From a virus (lineage: Duplodnaviria > Caudoviricetes): DNA of 59,291 nt. The DNA lies in the IMG/VR virus record IMGVR_UViG_3300045996_001841, positions 1 through 59,291 of that record; one strand, written 5' to 3'. The position numbers were made by a program, and so were the translations under genes. This document shows, one piece after another, positions 51,964 through 59,291 of the stretch (its first letter is position 1; each line of letters opens with the position of its first letter). The notes beneath the pieces were generated by a model, which was given only the letters and a program-made list of their open reading frames with translations, had not been told where the DNA came from and ran no database searches.

Positions 51964-54855
51964 TTACCGGATGATCCGCATCCGGAACGGACCGTTCGCC
52001 AACGCGACTTGGAAGAAGTCGAAGTTCCCCACCGCACCGGTGACGCCGCCGTTGGTGTCCATCACGAGGCGCCACGTCTGCTCTCCGGGCTGGAGCACCA
52101 CCCCGGACTTAACCAACAGTTGCCAGCTTTGCCACCCGCCCGTGTTCGGCACCGTCATCGGCCCGGTCACGTCCTCACCGTCGACCTCGAGGTGGAAGGT
52201 TCCTCCTGCGCCATCGGAGGCGATCATGAACGAGAAGTTGTAGCGCCCGCCCGATCCCACGTCGACCGTATACTGGAGCCATTCGCCGGCGCCGACGAAC
52301 GACAGGGTGTAACCGCCGCCAGGTCCTTCGGAGACAGAAATGTCCACCTCCGTGTCGCGGTATTCCCCACCCTCATTCTCCGCAGAATTGTCGGCGTAAG
52401 CCGAGCCTGAACCGCCTTCGTCGAAGTCCTCGCACTGCACGGTCCCGGGGATGTCCTCCGGCGTGCCACCGAAGGGTGACGTGCCCGAGTTGTCGCCGGA
52501 GAGGGCGATGTCGGTCCACTCCTCGATCGCGTCGATGTCGGCGCCGATGTCGGCGCCATCCGTGCCGGCTTGGAACAACGGGCTGCCGCTCGTCACGCGG
52601 AAGTTCTCGCTCGCGTAGTCGACGAAGTAAGCCTCGAACGTCGTCTGGTCGGGCGTGAGACAGTTCGTGCAGTCGGTATAGAACGAGGAGTTGGCCCCTT
52701 GGATGACGTTATGGGCCCACTCCTTACTCGCGCCACTGGAGATCACCGCCCACGTGTCGTTCCCGTTCGGGCTCGAGAACCCGCTCAGTCCCTCGTAGTT
52801 GAACCCGAACCCAGTGCCCGGCGGATCCCCGTCGACCCCGTGCATGAAGATGTTGTTCTTGATCTTCAGGTTCTCGTGCGTCCACATTTCATCGCACGAA
52901 ATGTTGGCCGAGGAGGTCACGACGAAGTAACCGCGGTTCGAGGAGCTGCTGATGAACGTGTTGTGATCGAACGTGATGTTCGTGCCGGCGAAGATGTTCC
53001 GTCCGCACTCGGAGGGCTTCATGTTCCCGCCCGGCATGTAGACCGTCCAGATGTAGTGCCCCTGGTCGGACCCGAGCTGATAGAACAGGTTGTTCTGAAC
53101 CGTGATGTTCTCGGCCACGCCCGCGGGCCGGGTGCCCGTCTCGGACTGCGCAACCGAGATCGCGCCGGGGCCCATGCGGATCATGTTGTTGCGGAACGTC
53201 AGGTTGCGCGTGACCGCCGATACCATCTGATCGTCGTTCTTCAGGTGCAGCGTGATCGCCGCACTCTGCTGCCCGACCACGTTCCACCACGTCTGCTCGA
53301 ACAGGTTCCCCTCGATCAGGCACGACGACCCCAAGGTCGCACCGCACTCCTTCGTCTCGAACAGGTTCTTGATCGACCACTCGTTCCCGTCCGTCGTCGG
53401 CACGTCTTCGCTGGTGCCCGCGTCGCCGACGTCGGTGAACGTGCACGTGCCCGTGCCGGCGGAGCACCCGGCATCCGCCGCGCTGATCGAGAACCGGATG
53501 TTCTGCCCACCCGAGGTCCGTCCGTAGATGTAATACTCGCCGTCGTAGGTGGGGGTCACGTTCGCGGAGGCGTTCCACGTCAGCTCGCAGGCGTTGTTCA
53601 CGCCGGACACCACGCAGCTCCCCTCCGCGCTCGCCGTCGAGCGGAAGACCTGCGCCTGATCGACGTTGTGCCGCGCGACGATCTTGTAGTGGTAGGTCGC
53701 GTCCGCCAGCGATCCACCTGTGGTGCCGGCGCCGGACGGCGTTCCCGGCGTGGGCACCACCGGGCCGCGCCAGGCCAACGGTTTGAGAAGGTGGTTCTTC
53801 TGGAACGTCAACGATCCGACGTGCAGACTCCACCGCACCATCGCGCCCACCGAAGGCGTGCCGGTCAGCGCGGGTGTCACCGTGATCGTCGTGCCGACGA
53901 TCGACGTCACCTTCGCGGACTGCTCCACCCCGAGGGTGGGGCCTCCAACACCGATCCACTGCCCGACCTCAAGTTCGTCGACGTGCCCGACCGTGAACTC
54001 GCTGGCCGAGGCCGCCGAACTCACCGTCGTCGACTCGCGCGCAATGACGTCGAAGCCGCCGATAAGGACGTTCTCGCTCGAGCCTTCGAGGTAGTTGTTG
54101 ATGATCGTCACCGGCCCCGGGGTGTTGGAGACGGTGATCGCCTGGCCGTCGTTCTGGTGTGTCTTACAATCCTTGAAGTAGTTGTTGGTGACCAGGATGT
54201 CTTTCGCGGCAATGTTCATGCAGCGAAGCTGCCCGCTCACCGGGTCGCCGTAGACGACGTTCTGATCGAAGATGATGTTCGAGGGGACCTTTGCTTTGGT
54301 GTCCTGGTGGATCGCGGATCCCGCGAATGAGATGTCCCAATACCCGAACAGGATCAGCGTGCCGCCACCATAGAGGTTGGAGGTGACGCCAATGTGCTGC
54401 ACCTTCCACCACTTCGCGACGCACGGCGGCGAGCCGCACTCCCCGGGCAGCTCCGTGCGCAGCGCGGGCGTGTTGTTGACGACGACCTTCAGCTTGGCGA
54501 GCGTTGGCAGGTAGGCCGGCGTGATCCGGACGTTCGCCGCAGGGAACTCGGAGTCGTCCAACAGGAAACCGGACGCATCGACGCCCGTGCGCAGCGTGAT
54601 GTAACACGTCGCGTCGTTCGCCGGGCACGACTTGGACGGCAGCACGAACTGCCCTTCGTAGGTGATGTTCTCCTCGAGCAGCACGAAGTCGCCCGGGACC
54701 GCATCGTCGAGGGCGGACTGGAGCTGCGCGTTCGTGTAGGTCGCATCGCCACCAGCCGACGTGCCGCTGTTGTAGACTTTCCGCACCGTCTGCGCGGTGG
54801 CCGGGGCCGCGCAGACGATCGTCAGGAGCAGAACAACCAGTGTGCGATGCAGCAT
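51964..54855 (-). CDS. Secreted right-handed beta-helix protein with C-terminal CBM6-like domain
   Basis: Signal ...CAAPATA|Q; NNY/GNL/NNL/HNT beta-helix rungs; PGTVQCEDFDEGG...GEWLQYTV...PNTGGWQSW. Confidence 0.85.
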   Translation of the reverse strand: MLHRTLVVLLLTIVCAAPATAQTVRKVYNSGTSAGGDATYTNAQLQSALDDAVPGDFVLLEENITYEGQFVLPSKSCPANDATCYITLRTGVDASGFLLDDSEFPAANVRITPAYLPTLAKLKVVVNNTPALRTELPGECGSPPCVAKWWKVQHIGVTSNLYGGGTLILFGYWDISFAGSAIHQDTKAKVPSNIIFDQNVVYGDPVSGQLRCMNIAAKDILVTNNYFKDCKTHQNDGQAITVSNTPGPVTIINNYLEGSSENVLIGGFDVIARESTTVSSAASASEFTVGHVDELEVGQWIGVGGPTLGVEQSAKVTSIVGTTITVTPALTGTPSVGAMVRWSLHVGSLTFQKNHLLKPLAWRGPVVPTPGTPSGAGTTGGSLADATYHYKIVARHNVDQAQVFRSTASAEGSCVVSGVNNACELTWNASANVTPTYDGEYYIYGRTSGGQNIRFSISAADAGCSAGTGTCTFTDVGDAGTSEDVPTTDGNEWSIKNLFETKECGATLGSSCLIEGNLFEQTWWNVVGQQSAAITLHLKNDDQMVSAVTRNLTFRNNMIRMGPGAISVAQSETGTRPAGVAENITVQNNLFYQLGSDQGHYIWTVYMPGGNMKPSECGRNIFAGTNITFDHNTFISSSSNRGYFVVTSSANISCDEMWTHENLKIKNNIFMHGVDGDPPGTGFGFNYEGLSGFSSPNGNDTWAVISSGASKEWAHNVIQGANSSFYTDCTNCLTPDQTTFEAYFVDYASENFRVTSGSPLFQAGTDGADIGADIDAIEEWTDIALSGDNSGTSPFGGTPEDIPGTVQCEDFDEGGSGSAYADNSAENEGGEYRDTEVDISVSEGPGGGYTLSFVGAGEWLQYTVDVGSGGRYNFSFMIASDGAGGTFHLEVDGEDVTGPMTVPNTGGWQSWQLLVKSGVVLQPGEQTWRLVMDTNGGVTGAVGNFDFFQVALANGPFRMRIIR

Positions 54856-54864
54856 TCCCGCCCC

Positions 54865-56892
54865 CTAGTTCGATGGATTGCCGGACTGCGCGCCGCGCTC
54901 GTAGCGCTGGCCGAGCGGATCGACCTTCTCCGGCATCCCGCCGTGTTCGGTGACCTGCTTCTCGACGGCTTCGTTCGCCGGCATCGGCGCCACCGGGTCC
55001 GACTTCGACGGCTGCACCGAGTCGGCCAGCATCAGCTTCGCCGCTTCGATCTGCGCCTCGTCCGGCGGCTTGCCCCCGTTCATGAAGATCGCCAAGCAGA
55101 TCGGGCTCGTCGACAGGTCCTCACCCTTCATCGTGATGGACATTTTCGGCAGCGGCGGCTCCGGCGGCTTTGGCTTCGCCAAGTGCTTCGCCGGGTCGAG
55201 CCCGTGCGCCATCAGCACTTCAGCCACCAGCGATGTCGGCTCGATCATCGGGTCGCGGCGCAGCAGCTTATAGAGGTTCAGCACCTCGTTCCGCTTGCCG
55301 TTGATGTCGATCTTGAGCGCGGCATCCGGCTTCACGCGGAACGCATAGTCGTAACGCGCCTGCTGCTGGCCCCACTGCGCGAGCACCGTCTCGCCCTGTG
55401 CGCCGACGACCTCGACATACTCGGCGCCCAACTGGAACAACTGCATCAGCCCGAGGATGTTTTCGGCGATCTCCACGATGAAGCGCAGCACGCGCGCCTG
55501 CTCGTAGGACTGCCGCACGCTCGAGGCGCTGGCGATGATCTTGGCCTCGGTCGCTGAGTCGACGGTCGGGTCGCCCGCCGAGCTTTGGTTCTGCGACATC
55601 GACCAGGCTTCGTTCAGGTCACTCTTGATCGTGTCCATGAACGCATAGGACTCACGCGGGAACGCGGCGCGGGCGACTTCGCCGATGGCCCGGTCGCCCG
55701 GCCCGTTCATCGGGATCATGTCCTGGTAGACGCCCTTCCGCAGCAGCTCCACGATGTCGTCGTCGACCAGGCTGACGTCGACCCACCGCACCGGCATCGA
55801 TCGATCCCGCTGCTTGAGCATCTGCGAGCGCGAGCGCATCGCCTCCTTGACCTGCGGCCGACCGGCCTGTGAGTCCGAGGGCGGGATCGCTTCATCGCTG
55901 ATCGAGGTCAGAGTCAGGACGACGAGCGGGTAGCGCTTCAGGCCGAACAGCTTCTCGCCCTGGAACGACTGCCACTTGAACGGCTCCTCGACGACCGGCT
56001 CCGCCTTCCCCTTGATCAGCACCGCGCGCCACAGCCGGCGCGGGTCGGGTTCGCTCGGGTCGATGGCCGAGCGCCGGTAGAACAGTTGCTCGAACTCGAT
56101 GAACTCGCCCGGCGCCTTCCGGTTCTCGTTCGCGGCCTCCTCGTTCACCGTATCCTCGGGCCCGACCGTGCCGTCCGCTTCGCAGCGATACGTCTCGTCG
56201 ATCCACTGGAGGCGCAGCGCGTCGGCCTTCGGCATCCGGCCGCGGAACCCGAGCCAGTCCGCCTTCTGCCAGTCGGAGCCGTTGAACTCCACCGGCCACA
56301 GGAAGTTCGCCGGCGACACCCGGTCCACGCCGTAGCCGCGGAACGCCGGCACCTTGGTCTTGACCGGCGCCAGCTCGCCCGCCGCCTCCATGATCGCCAG
56401 GTCCTCGGGCGCGCGCATCGACACGTCGACCGGCACGGCCTCGACCTCGCGATACGTTTCGATGAAGTAGGTGAAGGCGACCGCGATACCGGCGGCGTTG
56501 ATGACGTCGCCCAAGCACTCGTCGACGGTGTAGGCCAGGCGCACGCGCTCGGTCAGCTCGAAGTTCAGCGCGGCTGTCATCACCGGGGCGGCGCTTGCGG
56601 CCTCGGGCTGGCGCGGGAACAGCATGATCTCCGGCACCTGATGGAACAGCATCGCCTGCTTGTTCTTCGTGTAGGACCAGTCGACCGGCAGCGAGATCAT
56701 GTCCTGCTCGGGCATCAGCTCGAAGGGCTGGAGCTTCCGGTAGGCGACGTTTTCCTTCCAGGCGTCGAGCAGCGACTCCCGCTTGAAGCGTTCACACGCT
56801 TCGATCTTCGCGCGCCACTTCCCGTTGACCTTCGGCGCGGCCGGTGCCGCCGCGGGCTCGGGCTGTTCCACCGGTGCGATCTCAGCGTCCAT
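54865..56892 (-). CDS. Portal protein
   Basis: 675 aa after TerL; DRVSP.NF...SATEA motifs. Confidence 0.85.
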   Translation of the reverse strand: MDAEIAPVEQPEPAAAPAAPKVNGKWRAKIEACERFKRESLLDAWKENVAYRKLQPFELMPEQDMISLPVDWSYTKNKQAMLFHQVPEIMLFPRQPEAASAAPVMTAALNFELTERVRLAYTVDECLGDVINAAGIAVAFTYFIETYREVEAVPVDVSMRAPEDLAIMEAAGELAPVKTKVPAFRGYGVDRVSPANFLWPVEFNGSDWQKADWLGFRGRMPKADALRLQWIDETYRCEADGTVGPEDTVNEEAANENRKAPGEFIEFEQLFYRRSAIDPSEPDPRRLWRAVLIKGKAEPVVEEPFKWQSFQGEKLFGLKRYPLVVLTLTSISDEAIPPSDSQAGRPQVKEAMRSRSQMLKQRDRSMPVRWVDVSLVDDDIVELLRKGVYQDMIPMNGPGDRAIGEVARAAFPRESYAFMDTIKSDLNEAWSMSQNQSSAGDPTVDSATEAKIIASASSVRQSYEQARVLRFIVEIAENILGLMQLFQLGAEYVEVVGAQGETVLAQWGQQQARYDYAFRVKPDAALKIDINGKRNEVLNLYKLLRRDPMIEPTSLVAEVLMAHGLDPAKHLAKPKPPEPPLPKMSITMKGEDLSTSPICLAIFMNGGKPPDEAQIEAAKLMLADSVQPSKSDPVAPMPANEAVEKQVTEHGGMPEKVDPLGQRYERGAQSGNPSN

Positions 56893-58605
56893 TTACCGTC
56901 TCCTTCGCACCGATTCGGTGCCCAACACGGCTCGGCCCTGGCGACCGTAGATCGCCTGGCGCGCCTCCTTCGAGAGCGTCGACGTTTTCTTCTCGCGCGA
57001 CCCCGAGGGGCGCGTCATCAGCGCGTAGCGGACCGTATCGATCCAGTGGTCCTGCGCCTGTTTGATGTCCCCGAGCTTGGTCGGATGGCACTGCGCCATC
57101 GGGAAGGTTTGCACCAATAGTGGACACCCGGTCTTGTAGATTTGCAACTTGGGACGCGGGCCAAACCCCTCGTTTATTTCGTCTTTCAGATACTCGTGGA
57201 CCTTCACCCACCCGTTCACCCGGTCGGTGTTGGCCTGATACATGGAGATCCCGTGCTTGGCGAAGGTGTCCGCAATGGACTCGCCGAGCTGGTTGTCCGA
57301 CATCCACATATCCGGGCCGCCGCAGGTCATGCGGATCCGCATCCCCTGGCTGCGGCGCTTGATCTCCTTGGCCGCGTCCTTGGGCAGCGTCTTCTTGAAC
57401 GTGTATTCCATCACCGCGATCATCCGCCCGCTCGGCAGATGCGCGAACCAGGTGCACACGCCTTCGTCGGGGTCATAGCCCCAATCGATCGCCCGCGTCC
57501 AGTCGATCCACTCGCACTCGGCAATCGACCGGCCGTTGACCCGCGGCAGCTCCTCGACGACGTGCCACGGCACGATCCGCACTCGCACGTCGCCCGTGGC
57601 CTCGTCGGTCACGAGCAGCTTGCGATCCGAGATGAACTCCGAGAAGAACTGCCCCTCAACCGCGGTCCAGTCACCATCCCGATACATCTTCCGCAACGCC
57701 TCGGAGGGGAGGGCGTTGAGGCGCATTTCGTATTCTTCGCGGTTCTGGTGCGGGTTGTCCTCGATCGTGGCCGGAATGAACGAGAAGTGGTCCGGGTTAT
57801 AGCCCGGCCAGTCGTCGATCTCCGCGTCGACGTTCTTGTTGATGAAGACCTTGTAGAGCCACATGGCCCCCGGGTTGCTGCCGACCTTGATCAGCGGCAC
57901 GACCCCGGGCTTGACCGTGCGGAGACGCGAGCCGAGGAACCGGAACTGATACTGCGTGAACGTCGAGCCTTCGTCGAACCCGATCCACTCGAACTCGGAC
58001 GACAGATACAGCTTCAGCGCGTCGTCGTTGTCGACGTGGCCGAAGCGCAGCCGCGAGCCGTTGGCGTAGACGATGGTGTTCTCGGTCGCGCGCCACACGG
58101 CGCCGAGCATCTGCGCCTCCGAGGGACACTTGTCGAGGTGCGTGTCACGCAGTTCGGTGAAGTTCCGGCGGACGATCAGCGCGCGGTAGCCCGGAATCGA
58201 CAGGCACCGCATGTGCGCTTCGTTGCGCAGGGCCCACGACTTGCCCGTGCCGGCGCGCCCGCCGTAGAGCGTGTTGCGCGCCGTCGACAGGTGGAACTCG
58301 ACCTGCTTTGGCGTCGGCACGTAGAACGGTTTGCCGAGGACGTCGAGCCGCGGAATGCCGAGGTGCGCGTTGTCCGTCGTCCCGCACGCCGGGCACCGGT
58401 AGTCATACGGGACGTCCGGCTCGGGCCGGGCGTAGAAGTGCTCGAGGTGGGCCTGATGCGAGCAGGCCCCGCACTGCCACGGCAGCGTGTGCACCGCCGG
58501 CGCCGCGTCCTCCGTCGCCAGTTCGGCGATCGTCGGGCCGGGTTCGGCAATGATGGTCCCGGCCGCCAGGATCAGGCCGGCAAGGACCGAAATCAGGAGG
58601 CTCAT
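56893..58605 (-). CDS. terL: Terminase large subunit
   Basis: PTPKQ, YGGRAGTGKS, IGFDEG, SNPG, DNPH, GDW, IDWG, DHWIDTVRY; start inferred from ATGA coupling at 58605. Confidence 0.93.
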   Translation of the reverse strand: MSLLISVLAGLILAAGTIIAEPGPTIAELATEDAAPAVHTLPWQCGACSHQAHLEHFYARPEPDVPYDYRCPACGTTDNAHLGIPRLDVLGKPFYVPTPKQVEFHLSTARNTLYGGRAGTGKSWALRNEAHMRCLSIPGYRALIVRRNFTELRDTHLDKCPSEAQMLGAVWRATENTIVYANGSRLRFGHVDNDDALKLYLSSEFEWIGFDEGSTFTQYQFRFLGSRLRTVKPGVVPLIKVGSNPGAMWLYKVFINKNVDAEIDDWPGYNPDHFSFIPATIEDNPHQNREEYEMRLNALPSEALRKMYRDGDWTAVEGQFFSEFISDRKLLVTDEATGDVRVRIVPWHVVEELPRVNGRSIAECEWIDWTRAIDWGYDPDEGVCTWFAHLPSGRMIAVMEYTFKKTLPKDAAKEIKRRSQGMRIRMTCGGPDMWMSDNQLGESIADTFAKHGISMYQANTDRVNGWVKVHEYLKDEINEGFGPRPKLQIYKTGCPLLVQTFPMAQCHPTKLGDIKQAQDHWIDTVRYALMTRPSGSREKKTSTLSKEARQAIYGRQGRAVLGTESVRRRR

Positions 58606-58697
58606 GGGAGGCAGGCAGCCAGGATCCCAACCACCACGAGGACGATCAGGAGCGCGATCACGTCGCCGTCGTGCGGTTCCGACTGGTAGCTGTTCAT
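58602..58697 (-). CDS. Tiny membrane peptide (31 aa)
   Basis: MNSYQSEPHDGDVIALLIVLVVVGILAACLP; ATGA-coupled at both ends. Confidence 0.55.
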   Translation of the reverse strand: MNSYQSEPHDGDVIALLIVLVVVGILAACLP

Positions 58698-58798
58698 GGG
58701 TGTCGATCGCCCCTGTCGACGTAGAGCACCGCGGCCACCGGAAGCACGTAGACGAAGACCGCAATCACAACGAGCACGAAAATGGCGCCCGGATCCAT
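58694..58798 (-). CDS. Tiny membrane peptide (34 aa)
   Basis: MDPGAIFVLVVIAVFVYVLPVAAVLYVDRGDRHP; TGATG-coupled to terS. Confidence 0.55.
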   Translation of the reverse strand: MDPGAIFVLVVIAVFVYVLPVAAVLYVDRGDRHP

Positions 58799-59291
58799 CA
58801 CTCAGCCTCCACCGTTTCGACCTTGATCTGCGGCGTGCCCATTCCGGGTAGCATCACACCCACATTGACCTGCACGCCGGCGGGTCCGGCCTCCTTGACG
58901 ACCGGTTTCACGGCGCCACCGTGAATGAGCGCCCACTCCGCGGGCTTCGTATCACCCTCGGCCGCCGCCACTTTGGCGCCAATCAGGTGAATCTGCGCGT
59001 ATTCGTCCAGGTTCCGCTCGAGGCGGACCTTCGCGGCGCGCTTGATCTCAGCCAGCGTGCGGAGCGCCTGCACGTGATCGGCGCAGTAGACCGCCGATTC
59101 GGGGATCAGCACCATGCAGACCTGTTTCGACTCCGGATCGACGTGCCCGCAGCGCGCGGATCCAGGCGGAATCAGCGCTTCGGCCGGCGCGCGGGGCGCG
59201 GTGAGCGCCTGTTTCAGGCTCTCGGACACCGGTGGCGGACCCGGGACCTGTTCGGTGCCCGCGGCGACCTGTGCGACGAGCGCGGCCAGGG
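58798..59291 (-). CDS. Putative terminase small subunit (true start at 149 across the junction)
   Basis: Position upstream of terL; helical core GDTKPAEWAL; C-terminal VQVNVGV strand; Cys/His cluster. Confidence 0.65.
   Translation of the reverse strand, partial: LAALVAQVAAGTEQVPGPPPVSESLKQALTAPRAPAEALIPPGSARCGHVDPESKQVCMVLIPESAVYCADHVQALRTLAEIKRAAKVRLERNLDEYAQIHLIGAKVAAAEGDTKPAEWALIHGGAVKPVVKEAGPAGVQVNVGVMLPGMGTPQIKVETVEAE
59165..59291. repeat. Terminal direct repeat, copy 2
   Basis: Identical to 1-127. Confidence 0.95.

Noticed and set aside
59165-59291. Terminal repeat as a biological direct terminal repeat
   Set aside because: It is exactly 127 nt and lies mid-gene, so it is best explained as assembler k-mer overlap.
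1-59291. tRNA genes or stop-codon reassignment
   Set aside because: No cloverleaf was noticed by eye, and core genes are intact under the standard code with all three stops used.

Overview
The window is an apparently complete, circularly assembled dsDNA phage genome of about 59,164 bp. Bases 1-127 are identical to 59165-59291. It is high-GC and podovirus-like: terminase, portal, scaffold, capsid, adaptor, nozzle and ejection proteins are present, with no tape measure, RNA polymerase or integrase recognised. The + arm (about 1.9-31.5 kb) carries small early genes, secreted accessory proteins and a replication/nucleotide module: PolA, VRR-NUC nuclease, DnaQ-like exonuclease, MT-A70 methylase, SNF2 helicase, SSB, Prim-Pol/helicase, phosphoesterase, endonuclease VII, HAD nucleotidase and dATP/dGTP diphosphohydrolase. 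The - arm carries packaging, virion and lysis genes. The style of the secreted proteins suggests an Acidobacteria (Vicinamibacteria-like) host, which is inference only. Main observations: (1) about one fifth of the genome encodes Cys-rich proteins with Sec-type signal peptides, including tail-fibre/appendage-like proteins inside the late operons, and even TerL begins with a hydrophobic leader; (2) a canonical type II hammerhead ribozyme and a duplicated, fully covarying long-hairpin RNA motif lie between early genes; (3) there appear to be three promoter classes: sigma70 early, sigma54-like (-24/-12) near-leaderless middle, and a shared CCCGTAAACGAG-N8-TAGCG motif ahead of both late operons. 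Product calls come from motif recognition and gene order; no database searches were run.
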